A stretch of 63,908 nucleotides of DNA, the filler included, from Nemertoderma westbladi (Eukaryota > Animalia > Xenacoelomorpha), in the NCBI GenBank assembly GCA_032718475.1. It is 3 parts of 3 records of this genome, joined end to end, with 100 filler letters (N's around TTAATTAATTAA, not from the genome) between each part and the next. Parts side by side here need not be neighbours in the genome. Positions count along the whole stretch, not along the records: positions 28,084 to 56,262 come from JAUCBJ010006372.1; 2 more parts are not named here. One strand, written 5' to 3'. The notes beneath the pieces were generated by a model. The model saw nothing but the letters and a program-made list of their open reading frames with translations. It made no database searches and had not been told where the DNA came from. Within the stretch, counting starts at the first letter, position 1. Every line of letters starts with the position of its first letter. Of this stretch, positions 37,631-51,500 are shown one piece after another. The translations under genes were made by a program, and so were the position numbers.

Positions 37631-38609
37631 ATTAGTAATCAGTCCGTAACATATTTGAATTTTATCAGTAATACTTATCGTTGATGTGTTGAACTTTTAA
37701 CTACTGTATAGCTACGTACAAATCCCCCCTGCCTCGTTCCGTGTCGTCTTTGTTACTTAGATTTTGTTATTTTTTTACTCAGGTGCATTTTGCATTCAAT
37801 CATCAATCTGTTCAGTAATAATTATCTAGTGTGCTTAGACTGCTTACTGTAACTACTGTACAGCACATATTAATTCCACCCTGCCTCGTTCTGTTGTGTT
37901 TGTTCTTATGATATCAATTAATTTTACCTTATTTTTAATTTTAAATCTGTTCAAGTGAGCTATCTACTGTAAAACTACGTAGCAATCCGACCTTGCCCGT
38001 TTCGTATTAGTTTTATTGATATGTTTTTTGTAAACTTTGTTTTAAAATTGTTTTTTTATTCTTTTTGAGTGAAACGTTTTTTTTTAAAGTTTTCATACTG
38101 ATATACCTGAGATACTCATACGTGCAGCTACTGCCTGGGTTATCTTCTCCCTCCATAAACAAAATTGTCCAATTATTGCCAGTTTTTCTTCCTCGAGTTG
38201 TCGAGTTATTTATATTAGATTTTATGCGTGAAGTTATATGCATTTTTACTAGTCGTGCAGTTATTTGGAGTGTCAACTGGTCAATTACAACTATCTTCGG
38301 GTCATAATGACCCAGCGCTATATTTTCAATATAATTTAATATAACTGTTTGTTGTATTTAGTTTATAAAGCGTGGAACAGGATTTCACTTCTCAACCAAC
38401 TCACAGTACTTCGGACTTCGGTAGGCCTTGTTTCTAACCAAACAGTTAACGTACTGCATGATTGTATGCCTGTATGCACTTTACAAGTCTGGTGAAATTT
38501 ATAGTTCTAAACTGATGAGGGAGTACCGTACCGTACCGGTACCGGAATAAAAGTAGGCCATACGGCAGTTTCAATAATAGTAAACATTGGGTAGGCCGGC
38601 CTGGCCTTT

Positions 38610-39140
38610 TAGAATAATAATTACAAACCAGAGATAATTCTCAAATATAATCGCGAGAAGGGAGGTGTAGATAGCGCCGACAAGTGTTTAGTAGTCACCT
38701 ACTCAACTAAACGAATGACAAGCGGTGGGTGGTTGTCGTATTCTCCAATATGCTAGGATATAGCTGCTTACAATGCATTTGTTATATGGCGTGAGATAAA
38801 CCCAAACTGGAATCAAGGCAAACTCTTTCGACGGCGAATTTTTTTGGAACAGCTTGGGCATGGATTAATACGCGGGCACGTAATCCGGCGAGATGTAATG
38901 CCACGGGATGAGCACTCCAAAGCACTAAAGCAATTGTAAGAGACGTCCAACAAGGCGGTACACCTTATGATCCAAGTTCGAGGTACGAGGCACAAGTGGG
39001 ACTTGGAACTATATCAGAGATCAAGAAGAAGGCCTGCTGCCACATCTGCAGCGCGTAATGATAACAAATATAACTTGCAGTGTTGTATCTGCGGTAAATT
39101 TGTGTGTAAATTACATGGTTATATTTTATGCGGTGGTTGC
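38610..39140 (+). pseudogene. piggyBac transposase C-terminal remnant
   Basis: KPEIILKYNREKGGVDSADK and DIAAYNAFVIWREINPNWNQGKLFRRRIFLEQLG, then a degraded Cys-rich tail. Confidence 0.85.
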
Positions 39141-40204
39141 AAATAAATAATAAATATATAATTATCATATTATTATATAAAAATACACAGTAATGTTTTT
39201 CTGAAAATTTAAATAGGCTATAAAAGTTTATGCCACATATAAGTTTAGTAGAAATTTGCAAAGAAGGAATTTTTGGAATTTTTTTTATAAATTTTGAAAT
39301 TTGATTTTTTTTTTAATTTCCGGAAAACTTTACGAGATTTCCGGGAAATCTTTCGGAAAATTACTGAAAACACGGAAATTTCACGGAGCACCTAGAACAA
39401 GTATCAAACTAACATCATATATCAGTTTATTAATGTAAATATACCATAATGTTACCTCTGGGTCATATTGACCCAGAGGATAGCCGATGTATTTTTTGAG
39501 CGTAATAGGAAGGTTAATTATTAGTGTAGGGCCTCCCCACTTCACCCCAGCCAGCCCGTGGTCTTCTGCTCCGTCACCATGCTGGTGGAGGGTTGACCCG
39601 CAACCACCTGGCACCGATGCCACTAGCAGGGTAAAATGGAGCCATCGCTCACTAATAAATCCGACGGTAATGATGCTTCTTCCCCTTGGTGCACTGGTCG
39701 AGGAGGGACTTGGCTGGCCCGCGAATATGAATAATAGTATTACATTAACTAAACATAAACAATATCTTGTACCAGTACTAAAAATATTACTTTGTTTCCA
39801 TGATTCAATAATTGCTTTCACAGGCTTGCTTTTACAGGCTCCAAATAAATACGTATTACAAAACAAAATTCTCAAAAAAAAATTATAATTTAAAATTCAT
39901 TTGTACAAATTCGGTACTTAATTCTACTATATAATATTTACAGTACTTAGGTCCTGAATGCGCTTATTTCTATTTACAACCTGAGCTGAACGGATACTAA
40001 TTTGTTTAATGTTAGATTCAGCCCTTCTGTAACCTTACTGGAAACCTGGTATTATTCATATCAGGGTAAACTGCAAAGTGATATATAACAGCAGAAAGTA
40101 TGGTATCCCTCACATGGGTCCATATAACGTTGTCACACTTAACAATATGACTTATTAATAATATAAGAACCGGTATCATTTAAAATTACATTAAATCACG
40201 CATA

Positions 40205-40556
40205 CTGGTGTACAAGGCTGAGATAACTCCTTCTTGAAATGACTCCCAAGTCATCTCAGCCTAGACTGGGAACACTACCCCCCAGTCCTCTCAGCTTAGG
40301 CTGAGAACACTCCCCAGTTATCTCAGCCTAGGCTGAGAACACTCACCTTAGGCTGAGATGACTCCCAGAGATGTGTTATTTTCGTATATTGCAAAAATAA
40401 AACTGTAACCTATGTATCGATGTAAAATGTATCGAGATATCGTTTTGGTTAGAAAAATCCACCACTGTAACCTGCTCCTTTCAGTTAATTAAGAAATCTA
40501 GGGAGAAGAATGGGGAGTCATATTTGGTGGGGAGTTATCTCAGCCTGTTAACCCAG
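40205..40556. mobile_element. TA-flanked MITE (Tc1/pogo-like)
   Basis: TIR CTGG......AGGCTGAGATAACTCC at both ends with flanking TA. Internal CTCAGCCTAGGCTGAG palindromes. Confidence 0.7.
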
Positions 40557-41249
40557 TACATGTTTAAGCATTTTATTCATAAGAATAAAACCTCTACCAT
40601 TCACCAATACTGTAAATGATTTATGGCATGTTGTCGTGTTGGTATAGTATAAAATATAATAATATAAATAATGTGATAATATAAAATAAATAATCTGAAA
40701 TATATAGGCGCAAGGATTCCATATTAAAGAAAATACAACTTACCGCTCATCTTTGGAAGTGTATCAATTTCCAATGATTTAAGGGTCATTCCACGAAAAA
40801 GGCCCTTTCCCGGGCAATTTTTAAAGTTGATTAATTGAAACCGGATTTTTTGCTACATTGTAGTTTACTTGTAGTTTCCGGTTTGAGTAACGGAAAGATC
40901 TGAAAAGTAATATATGTATGGGCCTTTTGAAGCCTGGGAAACTTTGTGTAAAAGTTTATGCACTTTGGTTAACTTTGTATATAAAATTGAATTAACCCTT
41001 TGACCCCTCATTTCCGTTCCTTTCAACATTTCTGCCTGGTACCTTTTTCATTAGTGTCATTAATGTCTCTACTATGTGTGCATATCATAAAATAAAGCGT
41101 TTCTAATGTTGAATTATCAGGAATCGGAGATAATTAATCGCTGCTTTTAATTAAATAGAAATGTTATGAATGTGACTTTTTCTTGATGTTTTGTATATTG
41201 CTCAAAATCCCTTTGATTTTGGAGGCGGGAAATTTGAACTGTAAATCTG

Positions 41250-42290
41250 CAGATTAGATTAGATTAGATTGTTTTATTGTCTACGTCATCAGCGGCTTGG
41301 TGATACATACATAAATATATAAATAATTATAAGATTAGTAAAATGCACAGAATCATAAGCAATAAGCACTAAGCAGGGATATATATTCAAGCACTCAAAA
41401 AAATATAAATAATACATAAAGTATAATATGTAATAACTATTTACTGCATAACAGAATAAAGAAACAAAAGACGTGACCAATGTTGTAAACAATTATTTTA
41501 TAATTCAAAATGGTAATTTATTAAATACTGAGTCCATTATGACAATTCATCTATTACCGTGTGTTTATATAGCAACGTTTAAGAATCTTTTAATTCGTAA
41601 ACGTCGATAGTGTATTTTCACAATAATCTATTTATAATAATATAGTCAATTTGGAAAAAACACAATATTTATACATATACATACACCATCACTCCACTAT
41701 GAGAGATGGTGTATAATATTCAAAATGTTGCGTTATTGCTCAAATGTTATGATTTCTCAAAAATTCATACACTGCTTCTTGGTTTCAAAAAAAAAATCAG
41801 TTAAATCATTAACCGAATAAGAATGTATTAACCCCCATGTACCTGAGATTGTTATACATTTGAATATATGGTATCTCTCTCTCTCATCATCAATTGCCGT
41901 AAACTCTAACTTGTTGCATTCAGTACACAATTTCCTCTCCCTTGGAGTTTGTTTCCAACGTCTGGTTTCTATGCCATATGAGCCAACTCGGAATCCCGAA
42001 GAGCTGTTTATATATACTAATTTCTCTAGGGTCGGGTTTATTTTCACGTAAGTAATATATTTACTATGTTGAGTGTTTGATTGGTGAGTTATGTAGTCTT
42101 TTAGGGCTCTAGATAAGGCTGCTGCAACAACTTGTTTATCACCATAGTAATTGGTTAACTCCCTGTAGTGTTTCACATATGGGGTAGAGTTCAATTACTT
42201 GTTTATAAATAGAGTTGGCATTTTTTAGTTTTCCAGAATTTCAGTTGTCGCTTGATTACCACCTCTTCAAGTGACTGCGGTGCTCTATGT
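41250..42290 (-). mobile_element. LINE 3' fragment (RTEX/L2-like C-terminal zinc finger) with (AATCT)n tail
   Basis: GIETRRWKQTPRERKLCTEC..DDE..HIFKC. Minus-strand AATAAA followed by AATCT repeats at 41250-41279. May be a composite of two pieces. Confidence 0.65.
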
Positions 42291-43038
42291 GATAGTCCGC
42301 CCCCTATCACTGTATAGTGAGAAGTTAAAAAGGAGAGAATAGTTTGTTTCAGTTCTGTCATCTAATAATTATATACATAAACTATAAAAATAATCTAACA
42401 AAACATGATAATGAGGTAAACAATACAACATGACACTTCCTTTACCACTAACAGAATTACCACAAACTGCTGTGTAGAGCCCCTATAACCCCATTCTACT
42501 ACCAGCTGAACTACCTCAATATATAACATATGGATCAATAATGTTACAACTTGTTAGCACAAGAGTAGTATATGATTGGGAATGCAACCAATAAGCGACT
42601 AAATGTAGGGCTCCACACAGCCAATCTATTGCACTCCAATTCCAATAGTATCCCTGCAATTAACCTATATCCCCAGGCCAGGGCAACCCCCAATTGTGAT
42701 CTACCAACTACTACATATAGTATAGGTCCTGGTTATCCATAACTTATATTAGTTGAGACCGTAGTGCTGAAATCAACTGGGTAGCTGTATCAGGCCGTTC
42801 TTTTATGTTACGACCGTGACACTTTTTGCCCATTTATGACCGTGACAATTTCACAGTCATAACGCAGTGAAACACAAGCATTTTAAATGGACAACGTGTT
42901 ACGACCATGATTGTAAAGGTCCTAACAAATAATTAGTGTTTGTTGGTCTCACATACAAATGTTGGGTTGGATCTAGGCTATTCTGATTTCCTATAGCAAC
43001 TATTGAGGCCTATTGCAGTATCGTAGTTACCGGCACCC

Positions 43039-44760
43039 ATGTCCAGTATTGACACTGAACTTATGGCATTATTGACAAAAACGTTTCATGCAGTTATTGA
43101 CATTATGGTTGATAAAACGAAAGCAGAGAGGCAGGCGAAATATAGAAAGTCAAATCCAGCATATCAAGAGCGCAAGAAGTTACAATGTAGGCCTACTCAT
43201 AACCGAGCAGAGGCGAAGGTTAACAAACTGTTGAAAGAAATAGGGTGACAGCATGGCTTCGGATGAGGGAATATGGAAAAAGAAAAAAAGAGAATTCGCA
43301 GGACTGGCCGTTATTAGTCCAGGTAGTAGTGGTGGGGGAGCTATAAAAGCGTTAAAAGTTTGGGAAAGGTGGTTAGTCGTGTTCGTCACTGTTTACCAAA
43401 TTCGCCACGAAACAGTCAGCTGTTGTGCGAAAGATTGCAACTCTCTTTGGTGTTGCCCCAAGAGTAAACAAATCTCAAACTAATTCAATCTCCATGAAAG
43501 GATCAAACGTTTTTAATGGTTGGATTCAATCAGTAGACAGGTACCTGGCATTTAAGATGATCCTGATGGTCCCAGCAGTAAAGTGAAACTGCAGAAGCGA
43601 TATTTAGAACACAAGCTTCAAGAGGTACGCACAATTTCAACTAGGGTTGAAATCCAGTGGGGGAACCCAAGACTAAGCTATTCAGGGGTGTGAACGCTAT
43701 ACCGACAACCAACAACCAACGCCGACAACCATTATTAAAGCTAATTAATGTTAATTATTAATAGAGGGAAAGGAGCAGGTTACAGTGGAAGGTAATTCTA
43801 ACCAAAACAATAAACGAGAGTCACGAACTCATGTTACATTTTCATTTTTGCTGTTGTCGGCAGTGGTTGTTGGCTGTCGGTTGTTGGAGTAGCGTTTACA
43901 CCCGCTATTCAGTTATATTATTGTTATTTTTGTTCGCAAACATTACCAGTAAAGTATACCTTAATATAGAGCTATAATTTTTTTAATTTATAGCTGGGCA
44001 TGTTGTTCAATTTTCCCTTAACTTTATTAAGTGGGAACGAAATTTAATTATTCGGAATAAATTATTCTTGAATAAGGAGGTTCCAATAGGTTCCAATAAT
44101 TTTTTTACTTAAAAATATACTTATACTAAATAATACCACATAATACTAAATAATATACTAATTATACTTATTTATTAATATTTTATTTAGGTTTACAGCA
44201 TGTATCATGAGGAATATCCATTTGATGATTCGGATTCCATTCGGATTCAGTAAATTCGCATCATTGAGACCTCCTGAAGTTTTATTATCAAAAAATATCC
44301 CTGTGGATGTATGTCTGTGCCAGTATCACGAAAGTTTTATTGCTTACTCTTCAGTCCTGATCCGTATGATCACCAATTGCTTATGAGAAATGTGGTGTGC
44401 GAAAGTTCCTGTCAATAATGATTGTTTTGATAATACTTGTGATACTTGTAAGAATGGAACCAAACTATTCCCAAAATAACTGAAGACCCTGATGAGATTT
44501 TTTAACATGGTTAACGATTTTAACTATATGGGAATGTGTTGACAATCGTATTGCGAAGTTTGAAAAGTCTGAAGTCACAATGGCATGAAAGCTCTGTTTC
44601 TGAAACTTATACCACAATTTTTGCCCCACTATAAGATAAAACAATTGCAGGAACAGTCATATATTCGAGATAGAACGATGATGGCATGGAAATCATGCAT
44701 TGTGCCTCATGTTCATTTTAGCAAAAATTTTACTTGCTTCTATCAGAGTGCAGCATTGTG
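43039..44760 (+). pseudogene. Sola-like DNA transposase remnant with a spliceosomal intron (43625-44190)
   Basis: KLQKRYLEHKLQE|VYSMYHEEYP..GFSKFASLRP..DVCLCQYHE..C.DNTCDTC..HFSKNFTCFYQ, with a phase-0 GT...AG intron. Superfamily assignment is from recalled motifs. Confidence 0.6.
43686..43903. mobile_element. 218-bp MITE with 9-bp TSD (MULE-like)
   Basis: TIR GGGTGTRAACGCTA. TSD GCTATTCAG at 43677-43685 and 43904-43912. Confidence 0.85.
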
Positions 44761-44787
44761 TATGAGTGAGTCTGTTAAAGAAGCAAT

Positions 44788-45156
44788 TCCTAAAGAATGC
44801 GCCATATATGTGAATTATAATTAAGCCATATCGTTGTGAGTAGTTTAAGTCATAACTCTGTTTATATAGATAAAGCGCCACGTCCTAAAGGAACTGTTAA
44901 TATTCCCGAAGGTGAATAATATTGTCAGAGATTATATAATACTGTCAGTCGAATAATACATTAGGCTTACATAGCAATAAAATTAAACCGTCGAACCCAA
45001 TCTCCCGGGAATCTCCAGCGGGTGAATGGTCGCGCACGGATTGGTTTCGACTAGTGTAGTGAATCAAATACTTGTCATAGACTAAAAACAGATTTAATAT
45101 CTAGAAGACATCTTAATTTGGTGGGTTAAACTGCCAAAGGTCTGAAAGCGCGAACA
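44788..45156. repeat. partial diverged copy of the solo LTR at 46903-48094
   Basis: Aligns with ~47700-48094 (TTCCTAAAGAATGCGCC...GCGCCACGTCCTAAAGGAACTGTTAATATT...GCGCG.ACA). Confidence 0.8.
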
Positions 45157-45458
45157 CAGGTTGTTACTTTATTTCACGCCGTGAGATACATATATCACCC
45201 CATAGCCCAGTGTACTTTATTTCACGACGTATTGTTTCACGTCGACTTGAAAATATGATAAATATTTTATTTATTAGGAAATAATAATTAACATTTAACG
45301 TATAATTAATTTATATAATGTAGCCTATATTCATTTAGAAAAGAGCAAGGGTGTTAATGTCTAAATATGATACTGTATGACAAATTAGGCCTCTATAAAT
45401 TGGTCGTACTAATCTACTAACTGCTGAGAAAGGTACATCCGCTTGGCTAAACCAGATA

Positions 45459-45667
45459 GGGGGGGAACTGGACGCAATATAAATTCATCCCTCTCCAGGG
45501 GAAATTCGACGCAAATAACATTGTTTTGGAAATAGCATTGTTATGGTTAAAATAACGTGCCACTGTAACCTGCTCCTTTCCTTAAATTGAGAATTTAACA
45601 TTGAGGCGGGATATTAATTCGCCAAGATGGGCCGGGATTTGCGTCCAGCCCCCCCCCCCCCCCCCCC
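45459..45667. mobile_element. small MITE-like element
   Basis: Inverted ends GGGGGGGAACTGGACGCAA and TTGCGTCCAGCCCCCCC. Confidence 0.55.
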
Positions 45668-46902
45668 TGCCTCGGCTAAACAAGGTTGGCTGGCCTACCT
45701 CTCACTCCACATGCCACTCACGGCTAGTTCGATTTGAGGCATATAGTCACATACGGTCAAAGATGGTCATTTTCAAACTGTTAGAATATTTGACAACGGC
45801 GTGCTTTAGTTGCTGCTGTGCTGTGACAGTGTGATGTTTCGTTTCTCAACAGTTTCTTAAATCGTCGACAAGATCGCGAAAGTGGCCCCATCTGCGTATT
45901 GGGCTTCCGTAGTACAGTATGTACTGTAGTAGAGGCGGCTAGGCGCAATAGATAGCAGGATGCCGAATCCTAGGATAGGATGACCATTGTAATATATATA
46001 TATATATATAATGCAGCTGCAAATGCAGCATGCCGATCGTAGTAGTTGCATGGATGATACACACTACACAGAGGAATAGGACGTATGTATGGTATGTTAC
46101 ACGTGGTCATATGGAGGATAATCATAAAAATTATAATTTCATTCCACTAATTTGCCATTTTAACTAATTTATAACATATGTTTTAGGTATAATGATTCCC
46201 TAAAAGTGCCGCTGGGGAAGTGGAACAAAGGTCCTCTTCCCGGTGAAACTTACACATGAATATGGGATTTACCAGAGATGGGGGTAGGACTTTCTGGGTA
46301 TAACTTTTCGCCTTATCCGTATCCGTATGCATTCGCCGTATCCGTATGCACATACGCGTATGTAATGGAAATGGATTCCTATGGAGAATAATCCGTATGT
46401 GATTTTAAAGATTAGACATTGGGGACCAGTAAGCAGACTGAAGACAGGTATAGGCCTACTTCAGTACTTAAAAGCGTACTTAGAGGCCTACTTAAAGAGT
46501 GCGGCTGCCGCTACCTAATGGCTAATAATCATTGTAGGTCAGGTCCAGGATGAATGACAGATGATGTCCTTCAGCCCCGGGATGCGCCACAGCCAGCGCT
46601 TGTTTTATTGTACTAACTGACACCTGGCCGCCCGATTGACTTAGATTAATTACTGGCACCCGGTTGCACTCGCTGACACGTGGTTTGACTAACTGGCACT
46701 AGGTTGGACTTGTTGGCACTTTGCTGCCATGGTTAACTAAATACTGGCCCCGAAACAGCGAAATTAAAGGTATTATGTTAATGAATTCACAAAGAAGGAC
46801 AAACTGACACGACGGTTTTCAATATCTGTGCGAATGTTTATTCCCTTAGCATTCTCATTGCCGCTTCTATCAGTCCATACTATGTTAGTGTGATAAGTTC
46901 TT

Positions 46903-48094
46903 TGTAAAAGCTTTTGCGGATATAATCAGTCCCCTTGCCCGCAAAGTACCGTTGTAGGTGTTTTAACGGACATAAAAGTCATTCTTCTATATGTGTGCTT
47001 TGGCGGACATGGTAAGGCAAAAACCCGCAATGCGTCAAATCCTCTAGCACAGTGTAGCCTTGATGATTCAGATTACGACATCTAACAGCTGGTTGCTGGC
47101 ATGGAAACGGCCGTTGGACACATGGTTCTTTGTTTAGCTTAACAGCCAATCAGGGCGATTTTTACTGTCGATGTGGAGATATTCTACAGATCGTGCTAGG
47201 AGTGTTCAGTCTTATAGTTTTCTGTGTTACTGTTGTGTTGTTTCTATCTAGGCCAAGAACACCGGCTCTAGAGTCAATTCGTTTCAGACTTTAGAAGAAA
47301 CATTAGTAGGCTTAGATTATAGAGCGTATAACTGTTATCAGTCTTATCAGCGGTCCAGCGGTACAATCTTACATTGTTATAATCTTAACCTACCGTCTTA
47401 ATGCTTTTACTGTTGTTATTATTTGTATCAGTTGGTTGAATATTACTTGGAGAACATCGATAAATAACCCAAATTTCCCAATTTTCTTGATACACTACAG
47501 GTTAGAGAGACAGGTTACATATAGCGATTGCGACTTATATTATCGTGGTTTGTAGTGAATTTAATGCTATTTGATAGGTACTACATGAGTCAATTGCTGT
47601 TCTCTTTATGTATGATAAAATTCATTGACGGTCGGCAGATTAGTGTGCAGTATTGTGCGGTACCGGTAGTGTGCATGATTTTGGCTGATAACTAAGCATT
47701 TCCTAAAGAATGCGCCTCATACGTGAATCATAAGCCTTACAGTCTTACAGTTGTGTTTAGTATAAGTCATATCTCTGTTTACCTAGATAGAGCGCCACGT
47801 CCTAAAGGAACTGTTAATATTTCCCGAAAGTGAATAATACTCGTCAGAAATTATTTATTAACGATCAATCGAATAATACAGTAAGCTTACACTGCAATAA
47901 TAAAATCTAAGCCCCATCCGAATCCAGTCTCCCGGGTATATCCAGCGGGTGAATGGACGCGCACTAGGCTGGCTTCGGCTAATGTTGTGTTTATTGGTAT
48001 TAAATACTTGTCATTTACTAAAGTCTATTTATAAACCAAAAGACATATAAATTTTGGCAGGTTAAACTGCTAAAGGTCTTCAAATGCGCGTACA
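46903..48094. mobile_element. solo LTR inserted in the Gypsy 3' LTR
   Basis: TGTA...TACA termini and 5-bp TSD TTCTT (46898-46902 / 48095-48099). Removing it restores the LTR sequence seen at 53795. Confidence 0.85.
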
Positions 48095-48503
48095 TTCTTC
48101 TTGCCCTCTCCCGGGTTATATCTGCACCGACCACAATTGATGCTAAACTCCAATACAATATGATATGAATAACAAACATATATATTTAATTAAGCAACAA
48201 TAATTTCATATTAATCACAGACTTATGTCACCATTGTAAATAATACCGATAGGCTACCAACTAATTAGCATTAGGCCTAAATAAATAATTATTGCAGTAA
48301 TCGGGTATACACTATTCCCCTTACATCCTCCCTCACAGGCAAAAGATCGGCTCGATCTTTACATTTACAAATAAAATAAAATTTACTTTCAGTTTCAAAT
48401 TACACAACTGATTAAACAACTGATAACAATGGCAATATGAATCAATCATAAAACAATACTATTTCATCTAACAAAATATTCTTAACTTTAAATTAATAAA
48501 CTT

Positions 48504-51500
48504 TCATTTTATACCATAAACAAATAAATAACCTACTCGGTTATCGGTTATGGGTTTATGAGTTTGATCAATGTCACGGCCTAGAATTGGTTTAACACTG
48601 CGACCACTCACAGGAATATTGGTAGGCAATGACGGTAAGTACGGTCCTACTCTAAGACGCACATCATCCCTACTAATAACTCTAGTTTTATTATCACATA
48701 AACCATTTATATGCGTAATAGTAACATTTTTATTAGCAATGTGAGTAACACGAAAAGGACCCACAAACTTTGGTGCCAATTTACGATCAGTACCAGGATT
48801 AATGGAATGATTTTTGGCCCAAACAATATCACCCTCTGATATGACCTTTTCGGTCAAAATTACGTTTCTGAGTAATTTGTGATTTCGCAATACACTGTCT
48901 AGCCAAATGCCATACTGATGACATGTGCTCTCCAATTAATTTTGCTCTTAAATCTGGTGTAAATTTTTCACCTTCAGGTAAAATAAAATTATCTGCTGGG
49001 CGCCTGGCCTCAAAACCATGCAAACAATAAAAAGGTGTTTGCCCAGTGGACGAATGAACAGTTAAATTGTATGCAAATTGCGCAATGGGTAATACTACAT
49101 CCCAATCCCTTGATTTATGGTCAGTTAGAGAACGCAAAAGTCTAGTCATAGTTTGTATCGTCCGCTCAGCCAGCCCATCTGACTGTGGATGGTAAGGAAC
49201 CGTAAAAACCTTCCTTGTTAAACAACGTTGCGCAATTTCCTCAACCAGCTTTGATCTGAAATTCGAACCCTGGTCGGATAATAATATTTCAGGCGCTCCA
49301 TACCGTAGCACAATCCGGTGCATAAACGCATCCGCTGTCGACTTAGCGCTGCCGTCACACAAAGGAACAAACTCTTTATACTTTGTTAGATAGTCTATAA
49401 AGATAGCAATGTAGGTATTACAATTATCGGTGGGTACAAAAGCCCCCATTAAGTCGACCCCAACCCTTTCAAAGGGTCTCTCCACTTCTATTGATTCCAA
49501 TTCATGTCTTGTTTGTAGGTTACGAGTAGTAGCACACTTGGAACAAGACTTATAATGGCTATTCACCTCACTATACATACCAGGCCAGTAATAAAATTTC
49601 AGTAGCGATTCATAAACTTTAGAAGTTGCAAAATGACCAGACGAGTTATCACCATGGCATGCATGTAAAATATCACTTCGTAAGGATTCTGGAACTACAG
49701 TTAACAGTAGAATTTTATGACTATCTTTAGACTTAAATCTATAATAAAGAACTCCGTTACTAAGTTCATAATTAGTTGCCTCCAAAACAATTCTTCTAGC
49801 TGCTTTCAATTTTATTGGTATAGTACCATCTTCTAAATAATCGATTATACACTTGAGTTTATTATCATTTCGTTGTTTTACAGATATATCTACTTTGAAT
49901 GAATGAACATCAACTTCATCTTCAATAACAATCTCTGATACCTCAACTGAAGACACAACTTTATCCAATGGGCAGTTACCATATTCCTTCTCCGAACAAC
50001 ACAAAGGGACTAGTCGACTCAATGCATCTGCATCTCTATTTTTTATTCCAGGTCTATATCGAATTTCACAGTTGAATTGACTCAACCAAAGTGCCCATCG
50101 AGCTAAACGACCCTCCAACTGTTAATTAACCCAACCCAACTGTTTAGCAGTTAATAAACTGGTAAGTGCAGAATGATCGATATAAACTGTAAACTTTCTC
50201 CCATATAGGTAAGGTCGAAAATGTTTAATTGCCCACACAACTCCAATACATTCAAGATCACTTATAGAATAATTATGTTCACTCCCCTGTAGAGAGTACG
50301 AGAAGCATAAGCCACAGGTTGTACACGACTACTATCATTAACTTGAGCTAACACAGCTTCCAACCCACTCCGAGAAGCATCAGTATGTAACAGAAAGTCG
50401 GCATTAAAATCCGCAGGTGCATTGTGCAAGGCATGGTGGATTTGATAAAGCTTGTTTGATATCGTCCATCGCAGCTTGTTGCTCCTCTCCCCAAGTAAAC
50501 CGTATGTTATCCTTCATCAACGATGTCAGTGCTTTCATTCTGTTTGCACAATGTGGTATATAGATTCTATAATAGGATGCCAAACCAGTAAACATCATAA
50601 TCCTTCTTACTTGTTAAAGGTTTAATATTCAACAGCTGACTAACTTTCTCTGGATCTGGGTATCGTCCATTTACATCAATAACATGACCCAAATATACTA
50701 TACTCGGCATTGAAAATTTACATTTTGAAATCTTCAACTTAATTTCAACTTTACGCAAAGCCTCCAAGATTATATCTAATCTCTGTATGTGCTCCAATGC
50801 ACTAAATGCGAACACCAATATATCATCCAGGTAAACTAAACATATGATATATTGCAAACCAGAAAGAGTCATATCCATCATTCTTTGAAATGTAGGTGGT
50901 GCATTACATAGCCCATATGGCATGTGTTTAAATTGATACAATCCCAAATGTGTACCAAATGCAGTTTTACAACGATCCTCAGACGCAATCTCAACAGTCC
51001 AATAAGCTGAATATGTATCTAATAAAGAACTATATAAACGTTTAGTGTAGATGGCAAAGGATATGCATCTTTATGCGTCACTGCATTAAGTGGTCGAAAA
51101 TCAATGCAGAACCTCAGCTCACCCCCTTTTTTCAAGGCAAAGACTGGATGAAATTGCCAAGGACTCTCTGAATGCTCTATGACATCCTTCTCTAGCATAG
51201 ATTTTACATGTTCTTCAACTACAGGCCACTGCGACCTTGGAACCCTATGTCCCCGAACCTTAATTGGACTAGCATCTCCCGTATTTATGTGATGTTGCAC
51301 CCCTTTCACCAATCCCAAATCGAACTCATGTTGAGCAAAAACATCGCGGTGTTTATAAAGAACATCAGTTAATTTATCTTTCATTGACTCATCACTGTAC
51401 TCATCATCCTCAATATGTAATCGAGATATAAACTCACCTCTAGACCAGGCTTTACGAGACTTCTCTCCCACTGGCATAGACATTATATTTTCATCATCTT

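Larger units (their letters stand above)
34403..39513 (+). mobile_element. piggyBac transposon (defective) carrying a CR1 insertion
   Basis: TTAA at 34399-34402 and 39514-39517. TIRs CCTTCCTATTCTGCTC and CCTTCCTATTACGCTC (14/16). GGGTCATAWTGACCC at 34419, 38299 and 39460. Transposase remnant present. Confidence 0.85.
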
